Source: Lama guanicoe (lineage: Eukaryota). From it: DNA of 64,000 bases. The notes under the pieces were generated by a model. The model was not told the DNA's origin. It ran no database searches and saw only the letters and a program-made list of their open reading frames with translations. The stretch is taken from positions 2,129,058-2,193,057 of the forward strand of contig MU053487.1 of NCBI GenBank assembly GCA_013239625.1, written 5' to 3'. A program made the translations under genes and the position numbers. This document shows positions 53,899 through 64,000 of the stretch, one piece after another; within the stretch, counting starts at the first letter, position 1, and every line of letters starts with the position of its first letter.

Positions 53899-55689
53899 AG
53901 TTAGAACAAGGATCAATGGTATTTTGAGCACAGGCTAGCTTTAACAAGAACTAGAAAATGCCTATGAGGGATGCAAAGTCTGGGCAGAGGGAAAACAGAT
54001 AGGAAAAAGAAGGTTTAGAATGAAGAAGTAGACAAATAAGCAGTGGAAGGATGTTCATCATATACCCTAATTTGGGGAACTCAGGAAGTAAGAATCCAGC
54101 AGACCAGGAGTCTTTAAGTCTAATTCAAAGACTTGCAGCTAGACGGTCTTGAATAAATTTCTTTACTCATCTGAGCCTCCATTTTCTCATTTGTTAAATT
54201 AAAAAGAGGGAGGTGATAATTTCCAGCTAACAGGCTTATGTCAGGAGTTCCATTCAACGACTGTAATCTAGCCTGCAAAGTCAGCCCCAAAGTGACCAAC
54301 AGTTCCAGACTGCCCGGAACTGAGGGGTTCCTAGGATGTGGGACTTTCATTATTAAAACAAGAACAGTGTGAGGCAAACCAGGATGAGGTGGTTATCCAG
54401 TCTGCACGTAATACAAAAATAATCAATGCTATTGAACTGAGATATATTCCTATGTATTGGAATTGACAAAGTGGGTTCTGTTAACATTTTCATGAAGGTG
54501 AAAGAAATCATCTCTGATTCTTCCTTTAGACTCCTGCAGGTTTTAGAGCAGAGAAGAATTAGTCATTTTTTAAAACAGAGAAAAGATACAGCTACCCTCC
54601 TTATAAAATTAACACAGAGCATCAACTGTTTCCCTTTGTCCTCATCAAAACATATCCCATCCGGGTCTCATTTCCTCAAACAAGCCCAAGCGATTGGCTT
54701 TCAGATCTCTGGTCAACAGATTTCCACTGCCAAGGTCATGTGTCCTGCCCTCCCTGACCCTCAAGGTACATATCTGCATGTCAGGTGATGATTGTTAGGA
54801 AAAGTTGGGTCTTAAAGAAATGAATCTCAAGAGGTGAGCTTAGCAAGAAATAATAAAACTAAAGATATGTTACATCTCACATCAAAAAAAAAAAACCCAC
54901 AATGAGGGGGACAAACTTAGCAGGTCTTGCAGCAAGTAAAAGACGCATGGTACCCTCGTGTTCTGGAGGCAGGTCTCCACTTTGGGAAAAGGTTAAATAG
55001 TTGTGCACAAATCAACCTCCTTCAACCCGAACAAGTAAGGAGAAAGGCAACCCAAGAGGAGGTCTGGACTCCAGACATCAGAGAATGTTAGAGCAGCTGC
55101 CTCCCCCACCCAACCCCACCGATGAGTGTCACCTTGGCAGACGTTTTAGAACAACAAGAAATAAAGGCACAAGCCAAAGGGTTCTCACACTCCCTTGATT
55201 TCTGGGATGGAGGAAGCTAAACACACCTGGGTGATACCTGACTGATTCCAATTCAGCTGCAGCAGCCCTGGGCCCTGGGCTGGCCGCGCTCTGCAGGCAC
55301 CCCAGCCAGCCCCACCTCGCAGCTGGTCTGTGCACACCTGGAGGATCCTGGCTCCATTTCCGGCAAGTGTTCTGAGCCTTTTGAGCAGCCCTGCCACCCA
55401 ATCATCACTCTGACCTCATCTGGGACCCAGAGTAAATTTCTCTTGGTGCTCCAACCGAACCACAGAAAGCAGCCAGCACCATCTCTAAACAGAGAGCTTT
55501 GAATGAAAGATTCTGCAAGGGGGCATCTTTTCCTCCCTTAGTGTCGTCTGCTTCCTGGGAAAGATGCAGCCCGCCCAAGACCTGTCGTTACAGCCTACCT
55601 CGCACCTTCCTCCTAATGTAAAGGACAAAGCTTGGGGCTGCCAAGGGTCTCAGGCCCAGAGGGGAACTGATCCATAAGACAACAGAGAT

Positions 55690-55997
55690 AATAGTGGAAT
55701 CTTAAAAAAAAAAAAATGCACTCATAGAAACAGAGAGCAGAAAAGTGTTTGCAGGTCTGCGAAAGTGGGGAGGTGCTGGTCATGGGGTACCAGCTCTCGG
55801 TTACGAGATGAGTAAGTTCTGGGGATCTGATGTCCAGCATGGTGACTGTAGTTAATAATTTTTTATTTTTTATACTTGAAATTTGCTGAGAGCAGATTTT
55901 AAGTGTTATCATAAAAAAAAGTAACTAAGAGGACACTTTAAATATATTAAATATGTATTTAAATATCTATTTTGCCAATTATACCTCAGTAAAGCTC
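55690..55997 (+). mobile_element. Older L1MA-like 3' end
   Basis: gtggaatcttaaaaa...gagtaagttctggggatctgatgtccagcatggtgac...tatacctcagtaaagct. Confidence 0.8.
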
Positions 55998-56469
55998 AGG
56001 GCAGTGGGTGGCAGGAATTAATGCAGTTTTATTTAAAACATACTGTTAAATCTAAGAGTAAATAATGGTTTGTTTGTTTGGTTTTTTTTTGAGGCAAGTT
56101 GTCAAATCTTTATTTTCCCCTTAAAACAAACAAACAAAAACCAAAGAAACAAAGCCAGTTCCAGCCCTTACTGCTGTCTTTATCTTGAAGCCTGTCAGCC
56201 AGCAGGTGTTCCTGGGGACTCGGCCACACAGCAGTGCACCCAGGGACACAGCCACCCTCCACCAGGAGGGATCACTCCCCGGCCCTGCTCAGCCTGAGGG
56301 ATTTACAGCAAAAGCCCTTTTTGTAACAACAACCTCTGGTCCACCTGCTTCTGGACCTTTGTGGGGGGCTCTGGATGAGGCCTCCTCACCTCCTACAACA
56401 GAAAGAACCCTTTGCTGGATGATTCAGCATCATACACCAGCTACAAGCATGGACTCTAAAGCCGACATC

Positions 56470-56670
56470 CCATTTCAGGACTCAGACTCCAGCTCGCCGT
56501 TCACTACATACCGTTCACTACGTAACCGTGTCTCCATCACCTTGCTTGTCAAGTAGGGATGTGAGAGGCCTTACAGGACGGCGATGAGGATTAAATGAAT
56601 TAACATTTGTAAGGTGTTATAAGCAGTGCCTGGCACCGAAGCAGCACAACAGAAGTGTTTGTTAAGTAAA
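56470..56670 (+). mobile_element. MIR SINE (representative; others near 9720-9920, 14090-14230, 15920-16040, 18060-18160, 25450-25580, 54130-54260)
   Basis: gaggattaaatgaattaacatttgtaaggtg...agtgcctggcac core. Confidence 0.65.
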
Positions 56671-58699
56671 CCGTATTATTTTAGCCTCCACAACAGCTCA
56701 CTTGTGAAGAGCAGGACTGACTTCAGGCAAAAACCAGTTCAGAAAGTCAGACTTGATGCCCCCTGCTCCCCTTTCAGGATCGCCTAGTCCAAACTAGGCC
56801 TGGCCCTGGTCTATCTCTGCCATCAAGGCTCCACCCCCCTCCTCTATTCTTACCTGCCACACATATCATGGTAGAAGCTGATTACTCAGGTGCAGGTGAG
56901 CTGGGTGGTTAATTCGAGTGCTACCTGGGTGATCTCATCCAAGTGAGACTCACTGGAGCCACTAGGGCTGATGGAGAAATCTTCAACTTGTCTGCAGGTG
57001 CACACATTCACATTTCTACTGGAACCCCCATCAAGGTTCCCAAAGCTCCTCCCAGCACTGGCAGGGCGGGAGGGCCACGGGGAGGGCTCTGGTGCTCCCT
57101 GTGTCCCATCAGACCCACCGGCACAGCGACACCTGGAAACGCAGGGCGGGCAGCCACTCCCCAGGCTCCCCAGACACGGGTAAGTGCGCCCAACCTGCTC
57201 TGGTTCCTGCCAGAGAGCGTACATCTCTGTAGCAGAGAGTGTCTTCATGACAGCCCCAGTCACCACTGGGCAATCTAATCCATGTCTCCATAATGAACCT
57301 AACCAAATGGAAAACCCTAGATGCAGAACGAAAACGCACTTCTGCTCCGGTCTGTGCATCGAGACAGACGCAGCCTGAGAGGAGACAAGGGAGGTAATTA
57401 TTAGAATAATTCACACTAGAAAATCTAGTTTGGAAGGGAAAGAAAAAAAAATAGCGTGCTGCCTTAAGTTTCCAGATGGACCATCTACATGAATCACATT
57501 TGCTGGGTGACTACTGCAAAAAATATGCCCCTCGCAAATATTTGTAAATAGGCTCAACCAAATGATCAGCATGAAAAGCACGTGGCTGACTGAATACACC
57601 AAAATAAAGTCTGTACTCCCATGCGAGGGAACAAACATCCCCTTCCTCACAGAAGCCCCCAACTCTAAAATCTGACTTCACTGGGATGGAAGACGATTAA
57701 ATAAGGTGGACGTTTGGTCTTTTCTTTAGAAATTTTTCTGAAATAAATTAAGGCTAAAATTTTTAAAAATAATAAAATTTAAAAATGAGTAAATTCTGAA
57801 AATGTATTATATTTAACGTTCAGATGCTGATGGAGACACTTTCAAACGCCAAATCTGTTTTGTTTTAATTCTATGATTCCCTTTCTAAAATAATTGCATG
57901 CTGTTTCTCACCTCCATAGCGTTTTCCTTTGAGTCTCAGCCTTATCCCTGTATGGTGCAGAGCCCGAGGGATGGTTAGGATCTGCAGAGTTGTCTGTCCC
58001 TTCCAGAAAGTGAGAATGCTCAGTGTTTTTAATTCTTCCATCCCTAGCCTCTGACATTTTCCTGAGATGTCAGTGTGTCTTGAGACTTCCCATTTATTTC
58101 ACCCACAGGCGCAGCTTAATGAATTACATTTAATTCTCTGTCAATGTGAGTTTTGCTTTTGTTTTTTGTTTTGTTTTGTTTTCCAACAGGCACCTCATAT
58201 TCTTGGCCTAGGACAGCTCTTATCTGAATCCTTGAATCTGAATGAGTGACATCCTCAATGGAATAACTCTTCCTCCTAAAATCTGGGGAACTTCTGAAAC
58301 CATCAAATTGTCCACCCAAACGGAAAACTTGTCGAAAACATCCTCCCCCAGGACTACTGTTCACCTCCGACTGAAATCTCAAGATGGAATAGGTCCTGTG
58401 TTGTCATGTGGACATCACACGGCACTCCAGCCCACGTACAGTCAGCTTAACTTGTGAGGACGTTCGCCCCATGTCCATTCAAAATTCCGCCCCCTCCTCT
58501 GTTTTCGAAATCTGCCTTCTGGGAAGGACACATTCCTTCCAAAGAAGGGAAACTAGTACCAGGATCTCTCAGGTTGCCTCTGGCTTCTGTAACAGGCTCC
58601 CAAGTGGTACTGATGCTGCGTCTCTAAGCTCACATCTGAGCATCCTCAACCTGACCCCTATAGGACCTGGTCTCCTGACCTGCCACCCCCTCTCACTCC

Positions 58700-58850
58700 T
58701 CCCTACGCTAAGTGCAGCTCCTGAATCAGCAGCATCAGCATCAGCTGGGAGCTTGTTAGAGCTCTCAGGCTGCCCCAGGTCTGCTGAACCAGAATCTGCA
58801 TCTCTACGAGACCCCGGGTGATTCTTCTACACAGTAAAGTTCTAGATAAT
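58700..58850 (+). mobile_element. MER5A-like DNA transposon
   Basis: agcagcatcagcatcagctgggagcttgttaga...ccagaatctgcat...ccccgggtgattc. Confidence 0.7.
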
Positions 58851-59028
58851 CCCTACTTCATTAATGCCTCTTTAAATAAAGGATGCCCAGAAATGAACAC
58901 CACACACCAGGTATGATTTGAACAGAGCCATGAACCTCAGAACTCAGTTGACCAGGCACCAGGTGCCCATCAAGGCAAAGACCCCACTATAAATCTCCTA
59001 CTTGGACATCCCTGCCTCAGAAATCTTT

Positions 59029-59559
59029 TGGAAGAGATCACAACATGCGTCCACCATTTATGCCGCTTGGACATAATTATTATTTTGAGCTGAAGACACT
59101 TAAGAAACAGCAGACAGGAAGCATTCTCTGACCCTTTCTTCCTAAAAGCAGGACATAAAATTGCCCATAAGAAGGGCCCCTCTTTGTACCAGGAAAGGTG
59201 GAACGCTCTAAATCCCCAGGGACTGGCCAACGTGGAGACACACTGAGAGGAATTTACATGATAAGCCTACAGAAGCAACTCACTCTCCACTAGGTTCCAC
59301 CAGCATTTACCTTCCACAGTCTGCAGCCCCTAGAAGCCTAAACCCTTTTCCTTTGTCACTTCTCTAAAACTACTGTTTTTTGTTAAGATGCTATATAAGT
59401 CCTTTCCGTCACTCATCCGAGCTTCTCCCACGTGTATGCACACTACACACGTAAATGATTTCTGTTTTCCTCTTGTTCATGTCTTTCATCAGGTTAATTT
59501 CCAGGGCCCAGTCACAGAATCTAAGAGGACAGAGGAAAAAGATTTCCTTCCTCCCTTCA
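59029..59559 (+). mobile_element. ERV1 solo LTR (MER34-like)
   Basis: ttattttgagctgaagacac...TATA-like gctatataag...gaatctaagaggacagaggaaaaagatttccttcctcccttca terminus. Confidence 0.7.
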
Positions 59560-60329
59560 CCTTCCTGAGCCATGAGCCATGATAGGTGAAGGGCCCACCC
59601 ACAGCCCCATTGCCCATATCTGACCTTGCCCTCAGCCCACATCTCCATCTCTCTGTCTGCAGGTCTATCTAAACTCACTGTTCTGGGGCTCATTTTTAAT
59701 TGCCCTCTAGCCAAGAGGGTGTTAGAGATTAATTTCCAAGGCACTGTAATGACTCTTGATCCATCTGCATCCATCATTCTTTCTTCCTGCCACACCAAAG
59801 CACCCTGCCCTGAATCCAGGCAATCCCTATTATTTACATCAGCATCCAGATCACATCTGGACGGTTTCAAAGCTTCAAGTGGACTCTTCCTGAGCCATTA
59901 GCAACCTCCTCTCCCTCAAGAGCACAGCCATTTAAATGTGACCTTGCAATTAGCATCTTTGATCAGAAGAGGGCAGCAGTGAACAAACCAAACGGCAAGT
60001 GGCTACTCTAAGACTAATCAATGCAGATAAGGCTTGTTTTTGACGACTTCTTACTTGATTTCTCACTTGGTCCTGCAAGGTTCCTCTGGCCTTTTCCCTC
60101 CAAGGTTTCCTTTCCAATCGGCTGTGAGGCCTGAAATGATCTTAGAAACCAATTTACAACGAAACGCCAATGCCTAAAATCAATCTACATTTCAACAGCA
60201 AAAAATACTGTAAAACAAAAATGACAGAAAAAAATCACTGGGGACAGTTTTCCCTGGGAACCGTCACAGGACAGGTCACTGACATGCCTTTGGTGTTTAC
60301 ACAGCATGCCAGGTTGGTTTTTTCTACTT

Positions 60330-60550
60330 AACATCTCACATTTATTCAACAAATATTAATAAGATGCCCACATGTGCCAGGCACTGTTCTAGGTACCTGG
60401 AATACAGCAGAGGATGAAATGGATAAAGTCTATGCTCTTGTGAAGCCTTCTGTCTATTAATAAATAATATTCAGGTGAATGTGTCCCTGGGTTGTGTGTT
60501 AAGTGTTATAAAAAGTCAGGGAGTGATAAGTGATATAAAAAATAAAACAT
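60330..60550 (-). mobile_element. L2 LINE 3' fragment
   Basis: atttattcaacaaatatt...tgtgccaggcactgttctaggtacctggaatacagcag. Confidence 0.7.
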
Positions 60551-60561
60551 GGGATAAAGGC

Positions 60562-60737
60562 TGTGTTGTCTAGTACAGTATCCACAACCACATGTGACTA
60601 TTTTTAAACACAATTTAAAGTTCAGTTCTGCAGACCTCCAAGGTACATTTCGAGTGCTCACACAGCTGGTGGCTACCTACTGGGCAGTACAGATATGGGA
60701 CCTTTTCAGCATCACAGAAAGTTCCGTTGGATAGTGC
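60562..60737 (-). mobile_element. MER3-like DNA transposon
   Basis: ccacatgtgacta...ttcagttc...ggtggctacctactgggcag...catcacagaaagttccgttggatagtgc. Confidence 0.65.
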
Positions 60738-61159
60738 CAATGTAGGAATTTTATGTGCATGATTATAAGCCCACGAATGGTATTTGGCAAAATTCTAAAG
60801 GTCAAGGCCCTACCCAGTAAAGCCAAAGTTATAACAAACAGAATGACTATTGCTGTGGTCAGCATTAACTATTCATGGGCCTCCAGTGGTCCCTGAGACC
60901 TAAGAAGGTCAAAATATCAGAGGTGTTTCCTAGAGGGGAAATTTACCACCTCGAGCAGGCATCGTGGGCCCAGGGTCTGGCGGAGCAGCCCGTGGAAGAT
61001 CTCAGACAAATCATCCTTTCCTCCGATTCTGTGTATCCCACCCAGCTGACTGAAAGGGATTTTAAGAATCTGCCTAAATATGGAAAAGTGGAGTATTACT
61101 GCCCAAAATAGTGCACTAGAAATTAGTTTAAAGAGGGATTTATACTATCTTTTCCCCTC

Positions 61160-61670
61160 TCCCTCTCTCTATACACACACACACAAACACACTCACTCTC
61201 TATATATTCTCTGTATATATATATATATATATATACACATATATATATTTGTATATATATATATATATATACACATATATATACTCTCTATATTCTCTCT
61301 ATATATATTATACATATACTCTCCTCTCTCTATATATTTATTCTCTCTCTATATATATACTGTCTACATATACATACACACTCTTATATTCTCTCTATAT
61401 ATACTCTATATATTTATACTCTCTATGTACACACTCTCTCTACATATATATACTCTCTATATGTATTGTCTATATATATATGTACATACTCTCTTTATAT
61501 ATACTTTATAATGTACACACTGTATATAGATACTGTATAATGTACACCTCTGTATATATACTGTCTGTCTATATACTCTCTATATATACTATCTATATAT
61601 GTGTACACACTATATATATATTCTTTCTATATATATCTATATAGATATGTCTATATTCGCCTCTATAGCA
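61160..61670. repeat. ~500-bp compound degenerate (TA)/(TC)/(CA) microsatellite
   Basis: Visible low-complexity tract. Confidence 0.95.
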
Positions 61671-62789
61671 ATCCATCCCTCCCTCTCCTCTCTTTCTTTT
61701 TTCCGTCCACCCTTCCTCTCCACACCCTGACAGAGCCCCTAACAGGCTGGACATCTGAAGGAACTAGAACCAGGGGGTCTCATGTTACAGCATTTAGACA
61801 GCTAGACCTTAGACCTCGGACACTTGTTGAAGAGATTTACCGAGTTGCCCTCTCAGATTCAGGGCATTTTGAAAATAAAGGATTTCCAGAAACATCATCT
61901 TAGACCCTGACGTGGCTCAGAGAATCATTCTCTTAGAAAGGTGACAACACACTTGAACACCAGAGTTAGGAGGACAGGGGAGACTGCTGTTATTCGCCAG
62001 GTGACCTGAACCTCAGGACTCCTTGGGGACAATGAGGTCACAACCGTAGAAGGTACTCAACAAATTCGATACGTATGAACCATGCTCTTAGGTAGCCCTT
62101 GTTGCAGACAGTAACTTATCAGACATGCACTGTCTTAGGTGACTATTTCGAAAGAAACTAAGAGAAGGAAGAAAACCCCAATTATCAAGATGACGCAGGA
62201 TCTAGAATTTTGAAGACTTCCTGAAACTGCTAACTATGCAGTCAAACCCGGACATACACAGGTTCACTGACTCTAAGAACACTCTTTATTTTCCTGGAAA
62301 CTGCTAAAATGGGTGCTGAGAGGCACTCCCACTGATAGAAACCTAAAGTCATAACTGATGCTTCCTGGTGGAATGCATCCCAAGGTTCTCCAGATGAGTT
62401 CTGTCTCTTATTGAGCTGTCTTCCTGTCAATATGATCGATATTGGCTGATAACCTAACGACTTGCATCACTGTATTTTTTCTGTAGGGATTTCATGTGGA
62501 TTTCCTGAAATCCACATTTCTTGATTTTATTAAGTGTATCTTAACAAGATACACTTCATGGTTGTTATTAACTTGTTAACTAATGTGACTGATGTATAAA
62601 TGCATTCATGACTACTTGGACCGTCCATGAGGGGGTGTGGACCCCTCTGTTGGGAAAGCTAAGGGGAAAGGAGATGGACATTGGAACTGGTGGAAGAGAA
62701 GTCACGCTGATTCGGGAGAATTATGCATCACAGAACCACTAGCTAATAGAGCAAGGATCACTGAGTTGTTCTTGTACGTCAAAATAGAT

Positions 62790-62876
62790 GGGAGGGAAAC
62801 AGCTCAGTGGCAGAGCACGTGCTTAGCATGCATGGGCCCTGGTTGATTCCCCAGCACCTCCATTAAAAAAAAAAAA
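62790..62876 (+). mobile_element. Camelid tRNA-derived SINE (short form)
   Basis: gggagggaaacagctcagtggcagagcacgtgcttagcatgc...ccccagcacctcc plus A-tail. Confidence 0.82.
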
Positions 62877-62914
62877 GTAGAAGTAGAAAAAGAACCTGGA
62901 ATTAAGATGAATAA

Positions 62915-63233
62915 AATGAAAAAAAGGCACAAATGAACTTATTTACAAAATAGAAACAGACTCACAGACAGAAAACAAACATGGTTACAGGGGGGAAGGG
63001 GGTAGGAAGAGATAAATTGGGAGTTTGAGATTTGCAGATACTACTATATAAAAAATAGATAAACAACAGTTTCTTCTGTATAGCACAGAGAACTATATCC
63101 AATATCTTATAGTAACCTATAATCAAAAAGAATATGAAGAGGAATATATGTATGTACATGTATGGCTGAAATATTATGCTGTACACCAGCATAATTGTCA
63201 CACATTATAAACTGACTACACTTCAATAATAAT
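62915..63233 (+). mobile_element. L1 3' UTR fragment
   Basis: cacaaatgaacttatttacaaaatagaaacagactcacag...actgactacacttcaataa. Confidence 0.88.
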
Positions 63234-64000
63234 GATTGGACAGGTTTATTTTAAAGGGAAAAAGGTCATGGAGTGTGTTCGGCTATTTTTTAACCTTCCA
63301 GACTTTCCTTGCCATCCTTTGGGACAGCAGTCACTGTCCTGTCCTAGTCACATGCGTCTGTTTCTTCTTAGAACCAACGAGAGGCCAGAAAGAGGGCACT
63401 GCCTTTGTCCTTGATCAAACTGTGACCCGTCCCCACAACACCCCACCACCATTTCTCCCGGATGCCACGGGCCTCAAGCTCTCCAGAGCTACAGCACCAA
63501 CCTACCCATCTCATTCCTTTCATCCTTGTTTCCAGAGCAGGAACCTGTCCCTTCTCTTCCTTATTCCAGGACAAATGTTCTCAAAGGACCTCACTCGTTT
63601 CTGCCATCCCTTCAGCCTCTTCCCCTGCCCCACTCACACTAAGCTTTCTTTGCCAGATGCAGTATCTCGGCTGTCACCTGGCCTGTCCGCTTCCTCTTCT
63701 GCATGGGCTGTGCCGGTCATCATCACCTCCCCGGCTCCTATTTGCTTCCTCCCCTCCTCCCAGGACCCAGTCAACACCACACCGCACCTTCCAACCAGCC
63801 AAGGGAGCACACGCTGGCAGAAGAAGCAATTAACACTCATATTTCTGCAAGCTGGAGATTCTCATAATTAAAATTTCTTCTGCAAGATCTCAGGAGCCTA
63901 AATAACCCTAAGGGAAGAGAAGTATCTTATCAGGAAGTGTGATCAGAAGAAACAGCTCAGCTATATGGGCCTAAAATTTTACTCTTGGGCCCAATTATTG

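Noticed and set aside
61080..61903. Tyr/Ile-rich ORFs
   Set aside because: Translations of the TA microsatellite.
63236..63871. 211-aa ORF (also 22659-23195, 30694-31134, 36877-37353, 48202-48798)
   Set aside because: No recognisable domain or splice-consistent structure; partly over old repeats or GC-rich intron.
53499..64000. Additional upstream DCLK3 coding exons
   Set aside because: No kinase N-lobe (GxGxxA, HRD) or DCX-like translation was found; these exons must lie beyond the window.
1..64000. CRISPR array, operon or other prokaryotic or viral system
   Set aside because: The sequence is mammalian throughout; I saw no repeat-spacer array, NUMT or ERV internal coding region.

Overview
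Mammalian genomic DNA, very probably from a camelid (alpaca/camel), judged from five copies of a Vic-1-like tRNA-derived SINE. The only supportable protein-coding gene is the 3' part of DCLK3 on the minus strand. Its three last coding exons (53498-53366, 49839-49672, 47284-47091) splice in frame with GT-AG introns and encode the kinase C-lobe and tail, followed by tandem AATAAA signals. The upstream exons lie beyond position 64000. The rest is intronic or intergenic and rich in repeats (L1 3' ends with target-site duplications, SINEs, MER3/MER5, LTRs, MIR/L2, microsatellites), with a 782-N assembly gap inside a young L1. Non-repeat signals of interest are: an orphan CpG island (~16.9-18.05 kb) with a perfect heat-shock element, a G4 motif, a CTCF motif and a minus-strand splice donor; strong convergent CTCF motifs; a 37-bp direct repeat 1.78 kb apart; twin 11-bp hairpins in a DCLK3 intron; and a possible antisense spliced unit inside DCLK3. 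I see no convincing novel protein-coding system; the novel candidates are regulatory or non-coding hypotheses. Repeat names are recalled from consensus sequences and repeat boundaries are approximate.
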